The notes below the pieces were generated by a model. It searched no databases and had not been told where the DNA came from. It saw only the letters and a program-made list of their open reading frames with translations. Of a DNA stretch of 58,163 bases, positions 46,337 through 54,358 are shown one piece after another. The stretch comes from an uncultured Candidatus Saccharibacteria bacterium (GTDB taxonomy: Bacteria; Patescibacteriota; Saccharimonadia; Saccharimonadales; SZUA-47). The DNA lies in assembly GCA_964451085.1 (NCBI GenBank), contig CAYVHE010000001.1, positions 1 through 58,163 on the forward strand, in the 5' to 3' direction. Numbering within the stretch: position 1 is the first letter of the stretch; every line of letters begins with the position of its first letter. Position numbers and translations under genes: made by a program.

Positions 46337-47953
46337 ATGTCGAAATTTCGATATGAGATTCCATTTCAAGAAGATAAGGGTAAACTATACAGGCTATTTG
46401 AAATTCTGCCTGGTGCTCTAAGCTGGTCAATTTTGATTCTGCCAATAGTTCTAGCTTTTACTAATGTGGGTTTAGCTGCAATTTTGATGATTGCGTATTT
46501 ATTACTATGGTTCGTAAAAGCAATCGCCTTAAACATTAGGTCTGTTCAAGGATTTAGGATATTGCAGCAACACCAAAAAATTAACTGGCTAGAGTTAACT
46601 GAGGATTTGTACAAAAAAGATGCTTCTAATAAACACTTTCCGCAGTGGCACTACAACAATAAACTCAGACACCAAGAAACCCCTAATGGGATTATTGCAG
46701 ATAACGTAATTCATGCCGTTATTGTTGCGACATGGAATGAGGCCTATGAAATTTTAAAACCAACTTTAGAAAACGTAAAAAATAGCCTGTATGACAAGAA
46801 AAAGATGATAGTTCTTTTGGCTTATGAAAACAGGGGCGGGAAAGCCGTAGAAACACAAGCGAAGAAATTAATGGCAGAGTACAAAGATGTTTTTCTTGTA
46901 TCTAGAGCTATTAAACACATTGACCTGCCTGGTGAGGTTGTAGGCAAAGGTGGAAACATCACCGCTTCAGGGCGAGAGTTACAAAAGATAGTGTCAAAAC
47001 TTGGTATTGACCCAAAAAACGTTTTGGTTACGACCCTTGATGCCGACAATAGACCTCACCACTCCTATTTTGCAGGTCTGACATATGTTTATTCTGTATC
47101 TCCAGATCCAAAATATATGTCTTTCCAACCAATTCCAATGTTTACTAACAATATTTGGGATGCTCCTGCGCCGATGAGAGTGATCGCTACGGGAAACTCA
47201 TATTGGATGATGATTCAGGGTCTGAGGCAACATATGTTACGTAATTTTTCGGCCCACGCACAGCCTCTTAATGCTTTACTAGAGACTGATTTTTGGAGTG
47301 TAAGGACAATAGTAGAAGATGGCCATCAGTTTTGGAGAAGCTATTTTGCTTTTAGTGGGCGTCACGAAGTAATACCGATCTTCTTGCCAATTTATCAGGA
47401 TGCAGTAATGGCCAATGGGTATAGAAAAACATTAAAGGCCCAATTTGTTCAATTAAGACGCTGGGCGTGGGGTGCATCTGATATAGCTTACGTAGCGAAA
47501 TATGGATTTTTTACTAAGAATTCTATTCCTAAATATGATGTAGTTTTTAAATTTTTTAGACTCCTAGAAGGACATATAAGTTGGGCTACTTCTCCGTTAA
47601 TTTTGGCATTTGGGGCAATTATACCTTGGATATTCAACAAAACTGATTTTCTTGCGAATCAGCTTCCTCAGGTAGCCAGCAAAGTTCAGACAATTGCGAT
47701 GATAGGTATTCTTATAACGCTATTTTTAAGCTTTAAGATTCTTCCACCTAAACCTAAACGTTACAAAAGGCATAGAACAGTGTTTATGGTATTACAATGG
47801 GTACTTTTGCCGCTAACAACAATTGTTTATAGCTCTTTTGCAGCAATAAACTCACAAACAAGACTAATGTTCAAAAGATATCTAGGTAAATTTGATATTA
47901 CAGAAAAAGCAGTTCGCACTGATCATGGCACCATTACGTCACACCAGAACTAA
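46337..47953 (+). CDS. processive family-2 glycosyltransferase (cellulose/chitin-synthase-like), integral membrane
   Basis: Motifs ATWNEAYE (YNE-like), TLDADN (DxD), IVEDGH (TED-like) and QLRRWAWG (QxxRW). TM helices flank the catalytic domain. Confidence 0.75.
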   Translation: MSKFRYEIPFQEDKGKLYRLFEILPGALSWSILILPIVLAFTNVGLAAILMIAYLLLWFVKAIALNIRSVQGFRILQQHQKINWLELTEDLYKKDASNKHFPQWHYNNKLRHQETPNGIIADNVIHAVIVATWNEAYEILKPTLENVKNSLYDKKKMIVLLAYENRGGKAVETQAKKLMAEYKDVFLVSRAIKHIDLPGEVVGKGGNITASGRELQKIVSKLGIDPKNVLVTTLDADNRPHHSYFAGLTYVYSVSPDPKYMSFQPIPMFTNNIWDAPAPMRVIATGNSYWMMIQGLRQHMLRNFSAHAQPLNALLETDFWSVRTIVEDGHQFWRSYFAFSGRHEVIPIFLPIYQDAVMANGYRKTLKAQFVQLRRWAWGASDIAYVAKYGFFTKNSIPKYDVVFKFFRLLEGHISWATSPLILAFGAIIPWIFNKTDFLANQLPQVASKVQTIAMIGILITLFLSFKILPPKPKRYKRHRTVFMVLQWVLLPLTTIVYSSFAAINSQTRLMFKRYLGKFDITEKAVRTDHGTITSHQN

Positions 47954-48354
47954 GGTTTGTGAGTGGCACTGAATACAGAGGCAGCAGTTGGATCAAAGTT
48001 AGATAGAACTTCTTGTGCAGCTAAAATAAGGTTCTTCTTATCAAGAATTGGAGATTTTAAAGACAGAACCTTGTCAATAATTGTTGCTGTAAGGCCTGTA
48101 GCATCGCCTAGTTGGTCTTTTCGGTGCCTAACGGCGTCATAGACTGACATAAACAAGATATCACGCTGAAAGGGCTCTAGCGTGCCGAGGACACTATCTT
48201 TTACCCTGTGAGTCGTTGATAAATCGTATTCCTCTTTGGTGGTCCAAACAGTGGAACAAAGTTTACAGCGACGTCTGCGCCAAACACTTTTAGAGGCTCT
48301 ACTAGCTCGACTATTGGTTACCTGGCTATTACCACCACAATACGGGCAAATCAC
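47950..48354 (-). CDS. nrdR: transcriptional repressor NrdR
   Basis: MICPYCGG...RRRRCKLC zinc ribbon followed by an ATP-cone-like region. At 134 aa it is slightly short. Confidence 0.85.
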   Translation of the reverse strand: MICPYCGGNSQVTNSRASRASKSVWRRRRCKLCSTVWTTKEEYDLSTTHRVKDSVLGTLEPFQRDILFMSVYDAVRHRKDQLGDATGLTATIIDKVLSLKSPILDKKNLILAAQEVLSNFDPTAASVFSATHKP

Positions 48355-48432
48355 GTCCTAGACTCCCAAAAGAAGGCTACAGGGGTAGAGTTTAAGGTTT
48401 GTAGTATAAATTGTCTAATTCTGATGTTACCC

Positions 48433-48450
48433 ATGTCAACATATTGACAT
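48433..48450. promoter_or_regulatory. 7-4-7 inverted repeat ATGTCAA-CATA-TTGACAT, a possible NrdR-box-like operator
   Basis: Lies 80-95 nt upstream of the nrdR start. The core CAACATATTG fits the CwAtATaTwG core of the published NrdR-box consensus. The flanks do not fit. Confidence 0.3.
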
Positions 48451-48793
48451 ACCGCTGTTTAAAAAGCTAGTGGATAAGTTTGTATTTTTTGTGTAAAACT
48501 CAGTACTTAAAAATGAAAAACCCAGCTTTTCACCTAAGTTATAGCTTTTTTCTAGCTAGTTTTACTTTAAGGTTACTTTAAGACTGGGTTTCCGGTCGTT
48601 GTCCACTATAACGTTCGTTAAGATCGCTTACGATTAGTTCTCGGCCTACGTACTCTGCTTCTTTGCGGGGTAATCGACGTTAGCTCTTCATAGAAGAGCA
48701 CAAAACCGTCAAGCGCTTTTGCGGTGTTTCTCACTAAATCCTCATTATTAACCTGCTTACGCTAACACATCACTATTACAATGTCAATAGCTG

Positions 48794-48802
48794 TGATATA
48801 AT
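48794..48802 (+). promoter_or_regulatory. extended -10 element (TGaTATAAT) just upstream of tgt
   Basis: TATAAT at 48797-48802 is preceded by TG-n. It sits only 11 nt before the tgt ATG, and there is no SD. Confidence 0.35.
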
Positions 48803-48813
48803 ACACCCCTGTT

Positions 48814-49893
48814 ATGGAAGATATCTTTAAAGAAAAAAAACTAATAGGAGAATTTGCTAGAACTGGCATATTAGTTACAAGAAGTGGTCAGGTAAAGACA
48901 CCTACTTTTATGCCAGATGGAACTAGAGGGGCTGTTAAAACACTGACACCCCAACAGGTTGTAAATACCGGAGTGCAGATTGTGCTTGCTAACACTTATC
49001 ATCTGCATCTGAATCCGGGTGAAGAAATCATTAAGAAGCTTGGTGGAATTCATAAATTCGCTAACAGGACTGGACCTATGCTGACTGATTCGGGCGGATT
49101 CCAAGTTTTTTCCCTTGATAAACATGCCAGGGTGACAGAGGAAGGGGTGATGTTTAGGGATCCGGTTAATGGGAATCGCCATACTATTACTCCTGAATCT
49201 TCAATTAAGATACAGCTTGACCTTGGGGCAGATATGATAGTTGCTTTTGATCATTTAATCGGCTTGGACAATGTTAGAAAAGAAGAAGTAAAGGACGCTT
49301 TTGGTAGGACTCATAGGTGGCTAGAACGCTGCATCAAAGAATTTAAGCGTTTAACTAAAGATATGGATTATAAAGAAAGGCCACTATTATTTGGGGTTGT
49401 ACAAGGTGGTTTGGATTTAGAGCTACGCAAGGAGAGTTTACGAATTGTTCAAGAAAGTGACGCTGGCGGGATTGCGATAGGGGGATTATCTGTGGGGGAA
49501 ACTCGAGCGGAAATGACTAAAGTATTAAAAGCATTAGCACCTTTGTACACCGAAGAAAAACCACGATTTCTATTGGGGGTGGGTACCCCCGAGGATCTGC
49601 GCATTGCAGTAGAGTACGGTATTGATATGTTGGACTGCGTACTACCTACCAGGAATGCCCGTCACGGATCAGTCTGGACAACAAAATCTAAGCGTATAAA
49701 TCTGACTAATGGAAAGTTTAAGGATAGTACTGAAGTAATCGAGGTCGGTTGCGACTGTTATACATGTGCAGAAGGGTTTACTCGAGCCTTTTTAAGGCAT
49801 CAATTTAAGTCCGGAGACCCGTTAGCAGGGACATTAGCTTCTATTCATAACTTACGTCATATGACGCGTATCTGCGAAGAGTATAGAGCATAA
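48814..49893 (+). CDS. tgt: tRNA-guanine transglycosylase (queuine tRNA-ribosyltransferase)
   Basis: TPTFMPDGTRGAVK, LTDSGGFQVFS, GGLSVGE, and the zinc site CDCYTC...H. Confidence 0.95.
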   Translation: MEDIFKEKKLIGEFARTGILVTRSGQVKTPTFMPDGTRGAVKTLTPQQVVNTGVQIVLANTYHLHLNPGEEIIKKLGGIHKFANRTGPMLTDSGGFQVFSLDKHARVTEEGVMFRDPVNGNRHTITPESSIKIQLDLGADMIVAFDHLIGLDNVRKEEVKDAFGRTHRWLERCIKEFKRLTKDMDYKERPLLFGVVQGGLDLELRKESLRIVQESDAGGIAIGGLSVGETRAEMTKVLKALAPLYTEEKPRFLLGVGTPEDLRIAVEYGIDMLDCVLPTRNARHGSVWTTKSKRINLTNGKFKDSTEVIEVGCDCYTCAEGFTRAFLRHQFKSGDPLAGTLASIHNLRHMTRICEEYRA

Positions 49894-49933
49894 GAATTAG
49901 CTGGTCGTGCCACCTGTTAGCTGTTTGCTATAT

Positions 49934-50010
49934 TGGTGGGTGATGCGGGATTTGAACCTGCCACCTCATTCACGTCAAGAATGCGCTCTAGCCAAATGAG
50001 CTAATCACCC
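49934..50010 (-). tRNA. tRNA-Val(GAC)
   Basis: Reverse complement folds as acceptor GGGTGAT/ATCACCC, D arm GCTC/GAGC, anticodon stem CATTC/GAATG with loop TTGACGT, T arm GCAGG-TTCAAAT-CCCGC, discriminator A, and an encoded CCA. Confidence 0.85.
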
Positions 50011-50724
50011 ACGATTTACTTCCGAACAGTATATATTATACAGTGCGATAAGTCTCCTCTGTATAGAAATATCGCCAATAGTGATAAGACAAACTCCTTT
50101 ATATCCGTTCCTTGTAGGTTTTCCAATCGTTCTTTTATCTTTTACTATGTATTTTATCCTTTCTGACGATATTCTAAGCTCATGGGACCAGTATGTCTTT
50201 AGCTCATCTTCTTTTTGGTCGTCTCGTAAATGTAGGTCGAACCTGAAGGTATTTCTGTCTTTACCATAAAGCCTCTCAACTGCAGATAGGAAAAAGCTTA
50301 GCATAAGTGAATCAGATGCGCCCATAGAAGTTGTGTGTTTCTTAGAACCTTCACCGAAGTAGAGCATAGCTAAGGCTAGTTCTAGCACAGGGTCTGACAT
50401 CTCAGGTAAGGATTTAAAGGTCGAAACAGCTTCTTCTTTTGCTTTAGTGATTCTTTTTGCCTTGGATATGTTTTTTGAAATAACAGCTCTCTCTCGAGCT
50501 TTTTTCCACCCATCGCGACTGTTCTTCATGAGTTTGGTTCTTTGATTTTCAGTAAGCTTGATGTCCTTGAACCACCCAGAAAGAGTAGACCGAGGTATAT
50601 CGAATTCACTCTCAATGACAGTTAATGAAACCCCTTTTCTACGAAGATTAATGACCTCCTGTTTATACTTGAACCCCCTTGATATCATGTATATAACTTT
50701 ATCATAGGTTCGGACCAGGTACAA
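50005..50724 (-). CDS. HTH + LAGLIDADG-like (homing-endonuclease-type) protein
   Basis: N-terminal resolvase-type HTH (GVSLTVIESEFDIPRSTLSGWFK) and a single LAGLIDADG-like motif LALAMLYFGEGSK. ATG at 50688 is the probable start, versus the tracked TTG at 50724. The stop TGA lies inside tRNA-Val. Confidence 0.5.
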   Translation of the reverse strand: MYLVRTYDKVIYMISRGFKYKQEVINLRRKGVSLTVIESEFDIPRSTLSGWFKDIKLTENQRTKLMKNSRDGWKKARERAVISKNISKAKRITKAKEEAVSTFKSLPEMSDPVLELALAMLYFGEGSKKHTTSMGASDSLMLSFFLSAVERLYGKDRNTFRFDLHLRDDQKEDELKTYWSHELRISSERIKYIVKDKRTIGKPTRNGYKGVCLITIGDISIQRRLIALYNIYCSEVNRG

Positions 50725-50952
50725 CCTCTGTTATGTAACCCATATATGAATGCCTGCCGGCTGTTCAAAGGCATCTTTAACAGGGTGTCTACATTCAGAA
50801 TGTATCATGAGTATATCTTCTATGGTATATTGCCAAGTTAACCACATGGTGTGGATAACGCCAGTAACTTTCTACTAGCATTATAGTACCAGGTGTAGTA
50901 TATTAGTCTCATGTGAGGTAGTTCTGGGAGCGGTTTTACCACTCCAAAAACT

Positions 50953-50991
50953 AAACATCGTGTCTATTTGCGAGAGGGCACGATGTTTTTT
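50953..50991. terminator. bidirectional intrinsic terminator
   Basis: AAACATCGTG / CACGATGTTT forms a 10-bp stem, with an A5 run upstream and a T6 run downstream. Confidence 0.55.
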
Positions 50992-51041
50992 ATTTTGCGA
51001 CGCACTATTTCTCGATTAAAATGTCCTCTAACCAGCTTTAA

Positions 51042-51050
51042 TGATATAAT
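51042..51050 (+). promoter_or_regulatory. extended -10 promoter (TGaTATAAT) of the thrS leader
   Basis: TG at 51042-43 and TATAAT at 51045-50. Predicted transcription start near 51057. Confidence 0.45.
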
Positions 51051-51056
51051 TTAATC

Positions 51057-51212
51057 AAGCAATGAAGTGGACTCACCAGCCACGGAGCTTCGTCGGTTTT
51101 ATCGATTAGCGTACGTAACGCCAATCGTACGAGTTAAAGATTTCGGTGGAACAGCCTACCAGTATTACGGGCCCGAAACGCACAAATGGAATATCCATCT
51201 GGTGCGTTTTTT
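51057..51212 (+). promoter_or_regulatory. T-box-like riboswitch leader (Thr) with short Stem I and terminator
   Basis: Stem I: AAGC/GCTT, a GA-rich internal loop, GTGG/CCAC, and a loop ACTCACCAG carrying ACU and ACC. Antiterminator: TTTCGG-[TGGAACA]-GCC..GGC-CCGAAA (51141-51178). Terminator: AAACGCAC..GTGCGTTT followed by T6 (51176-51212). thrS is the downstream gene. Confidence 0.55.
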
Positions 51213-51243
51213 AAATTTTTAGTATCTAAACAAGGAGAAATGT

Positions 51244-53094
51244 ATGGCAAATCAAGAAAAAGAAATCGACATTAACGCAATGAGGCATTCAGCAGCTCAT
51301 ATTATGGCCACAGCCATTAGTCGTCTTTGGCCAGAAGTTAAACTCGGGGTCGGTCCGGTTGTCGAGAATGGATTTTATTACGATGTCGACGTACCTGGAA
51401 TCACTATATCCGAAGACGATTTCAAAAAAATCGAAAAAGAGATGAAAAAGATTATTGGAGCTGCTCAGAAGTTTGAAAGAACAGAAAAGTCCATAGATGA
51501 TGCTATTATGTGGGCAAAACAATCCAAACAACCCTATAAGGAAGAGTTACTCAATGACCTTAAACGTTCTGGTACAACCATTGCGAAGGATTTAAGCCCA
51601 GAAGAGATGGGAACTTTCTCTAACGGTAATTCTAAGGTAGAAAAAGTTAGTTTTTATACTAATGGAGACTTTACGGACTTGTGCAGAGGCCCACATGTTG
51701 GGCATACCGGGCAAGTAAGGGCCTTAAAGCTAATGAGAATAGCCGGTGCGTATTGGCGAGGTAATGAAAAGAATGCTCAAATGCAGCGATTATATGGAGT
51801 AGCTTTTGCCTCAAAAGAGGAGCTTAGCAGTTATTTAGCGATGCTGGTAGAAGCTAAAAAGCGTGATCATCGTAAAATAGGTAAGGAAATGGACTTATTT
51901 ACATTTTCACCATTGGTAGGGTCTGGTTTACCTCTATTTACTCCCAGAGGTACTATCCTAAGGGAAGAGCTTACAAAATTCGCAGAGAGTTTACGGATTA
52001 AGTCCGGTTTTGAAAGAGTAAGTATCCCGCACATTACAAAAACAGACTTATATAAAGTTTCTGGCCACTGGGATAAATTTGGCGATGAACTTTTTCTTGT
52101 TAAAAGCCAAGAAACTTCAGATGAATTTGCTTTGAAACCCATGAACTGCCCACACCATAATCAGATTTACGCTAGTCAGCCTAGAAGTTATAAGGATTTA
52201 CCAGTAAGATATTTTGAGACAACTATAGTTTATAGAGATGAAAAATCGGGAGAATTGGGCGGACTAAGCAGAGTAAGATCAATTACCCAAGATGATAGTC
52301 ATATATACACATCCCAGGGCGATTTAAGTGACGAAGTTTCTAGCCTTATCTGTGATATTCAAGACCTGTACAGGGTTCTTGGACTGAGTTTAAGAGCTAG
52401 GCTAAGTTTTAGGGATGATAGTGATAAATATTTAGGAGATATGAAACTTTGGGAATTGGCTCAAAAAACTATCTTACAGATGGCTAAAAGCAACAAACTT
52501 AATTATTTTGAAGAAGCTGGAGAGGCGGCTTTTTACGGGCCAAAGATTGATTTTATGGCAACAGATGCTTTAGGAAGAGAGTATCAGGTAGCAACTGTTC
52601 AGTTAGACTTTGTCCAACCAGAGAGATTTGAGTTGGAATATACTGACTCTAAAGGCTCAAAGCAGTGTCCAGTCATGATACATTGTGCAATCTTAGGATC
52701 AATCGAGAGGCTTCTATCGGTTTACATAGAACATACTGCAGGAAAGTTTCCCGTTTGGCTGGCGCCAGAACAAGTTAGAATAATAACTGTTAATCAAGAA
52801 GAACCCACGCTAGAATTCGCCCAGAAGCTAGCAAAAGAAGCCCGTCAGGAGACTTTAAGGGTTTACGTGGATAATGATAATGAGTCTGTTGGAAAGAAGA
52901 TCAGACAGGCGGAAATTGCAAAAATTCCGTATACCATTGTTGTTGGCGAAAAAGAGATTAAAGAAGGGGTACTAATGCCAAGAATCCGCAAGGACATGGA
53001 AGTTACTTCTGAGCACAAGGAGGTGCCCTATAAGCAGTTCATAAATACAGTGGCAAATGAAATGAAATCTCGAGTCCTGAAATCTAGCCTATGA
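51244..53094 (+). CDS. thrS: threonine--tRNA ligase (no N-terminal TGS domain)
   Basis: Starts near the editing-domain HSAAH motif. Has class II motifs and an anticodon-binding domain. At 616 aa it begins about 60 aa later than TGS-containing ThrRS. Confidence 0.95.
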   Translation: MANQEKEIDINAMRHSAAHIMATAISRLWPEVKLGVGPVVENGFYYDVDVPGITISEDDFKKIEKEMKKIIGAAQKFERTEKSIDDAIMWAKQSKQPYKEELLNDLKRSGTTIAKDLSPEEMGTFSNGNSKVEKVSFYTNGDFTDLCRGPHVGHTGQVRALKLMRIAGAYWRGNEKNAQMQRLYGVAFASKEELSSYLAMLVEAKKRDHRKIGKEMDLFTFSPLVGSGLPLFTPRGTILREELTKFAESLRIKSGFERVSIPHITKTDLYKVSGHWDKFGDELFLVKSQETSDEFALKPMNCPHHNQIYASQPRSYKDLPVRYFETTIVYRDEKSGELGGLSRVRSITQDDSHIYTSQGDLSDEVSSLICDIQDLYRVLGLSLRARLSFRDDSDKYLGDMKLWELAQKTILQMAKSNKLNYFEEAGEAAFYGPKIDFMATDALGREYQVATVQLDFVQPERFELEYTDSKGSKQCPVMIHCAILGSIERLLSVYIEHTAGKFPVWLAPEQVRIITVNQEEPTLEFAQKLAKEARQETLRVYVDNDNESVGKKIRQAEIAKIPYTIVVGEKEIKEGVLMPRIRKDMEVTSEHKEVPYKQFINTVANEMKSRVLKSSL

Positions 53095-53396
53095 GAGAAA
53101 TAGTTGAAAAGATAGTATCAAAGATCCCAAAAGGGAGAGTCATGACATATGGACAGATAGCAGCCTTGGCTGGGAACCCTCTTGCCGCTAGAGTGGTTGG
53201 AGGTTTGGCACATTACGGAAAAACTAATTTGCCTTGGCAGCGGGTCGTAAATAAAAAGGGCGGGCTTGCAAGTGGTTATCCGGGGGGACGACTGTCGCAT
53301 AAAGAAGTATTAGAATCCGAAGGCTATACGGTATATGGAACAGAAGGACAATACTATGTTGAAGTAGAAAAACTAATTTGGTGGCCTAAAAAATAG
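53091..53396 (+). CDS. alkyltransferase-like (ATL) protein, an MGMT-family DNA-binding domain without the Cys acceptor
   Basis: YGQIAALAGNP..ARVVG, with PWQRVV in place of the MGMT active site PCHRV. A 4-nt ATGA overlap links it to the thrS stop. Confidence 0.75.
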   Translation: MREIVEKIVSKIPKGRVMTYGQIAALAGNPLAARVVGGLAHYGKTNLPWQRVVNKKGGLASGYPGGRLSHKEVLESEGYTVYGTEGQYYVEVEKLIWWPKK

Positions 53397-53457
53397 CTCA
53401 AGTGCCTTCTAAAAAACCTGACATTTAATAAATAAACTAACTAACAAACCTAAGCTT

Positions 53458-54324
53458 ATGAAATCATCAACTCAAAATCCAATAATATTTATAGTAGGAC
53501 CAACGTCAAGCGGTAAAAGTTCTGTAGCTATGGAAGCGGCTCAAAAATTGGACGGAGAAATTATTGCCGCGGACTCCCAGACTATCAAAAGGGGTTTAAA
53601 CATAGGTACTGCTAAACCTTCTCTGCAAGATATGAATGCCGTAAAACACCATCTTGTGGATATTATAGATCCATTTGATAGTTTTAGCGCATATGATTTC
53701 AAAAATCTAGCATCCAAGGCAGTGCAGGACATAAGGTCTAGGAGTAAAACACCTATTGTGGTTGGTGGTTCGGGGCTATATATAGACAGTCTTTATTTTG
53801 ATTATACATTTGTAAATAATAACTCTACAGACAAATTAGAAAATAAATCGGTTGGAGAATTAAAGAGTATCATCACATCTAATCAGTATTCTATGCCCGA
53901 AAACTCACAAAATATTAGGCATCTACTAAGTGCGATACGAAGAGGTAAAAAAAGTGCTCAAGACAGGGTTCCTATTAAAGGGGCGTTGATGTTTGGAATT
54001 CGCCGAACAGATGAAGAGTTGAAGCATAGGATTAATCTAAGAATAGAGCATATTTTCAATAGAAAACTAATAGAAGAAGCAAAAGGTATAGTCGATAAAT
54101 ACGGAGATCCACCAAAGAAAATCGATGCAATAGCTTATCCTATCTTAAGGAGATATATAAATGGAAGGCTTAGCTCTGAGCAGACCAAAGAAGAGCTTAA
54201 AAGGGCTGAATGGCGGTATGCAAGAGTGCAAAAAGCCTGGTTTAAACGTAATCCAAATATCTATTGGATTAGTAATTATAAATTAGCCGCAAAAACGATT
54301 ATTAAAGAAGTAAAACATTATTGA
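53458..54324 (+). CDS. miaA: tRNA dimethylallyltransferase
   Basis: P-loop IVGPTSSGKS, DSQTIKRGLNIGTAKP, and GGSGLYIDSL. Confidence 0.9.
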   Translation: MKSSTQNPIIFIVGPTSSGKSSVAMEAAQKLDGEIIAADSQTIKRGLNIGTAKPSLQDMNAVKHHLVDIIDPFDSFSAYDFKNLASKAVQDIRSRSKTPIVVGGSGLYIDSLYFDYTFVNNNSTDKLENKSVGELKSIITSNQYSMPENSQNIRHLLSAIRRGKKSAQDRVPIKGALMFGIRRTDEELKHRINLRIEHIFNRKLIEEAKGIVDKYGDPPKKIDAIAYPILRRYINGRLSSEQTKEELKRAEWRYARVQKAWFKRNPNIYWISNYKLAAKTIIKEVKHY

Positions 54325-54358
54325 ACAAATCTGTTACAATGTAGCTATAAGGAACACT

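Noticed and set aside
48665-48685. tmRNA-like 5' end (GGGGTAATCGACG).
   Set aside because: The spacing between GGGG and TCGAC is too short. No T-arm or acceptor 3' half follows within 400 nt, and the region runs into tgt.
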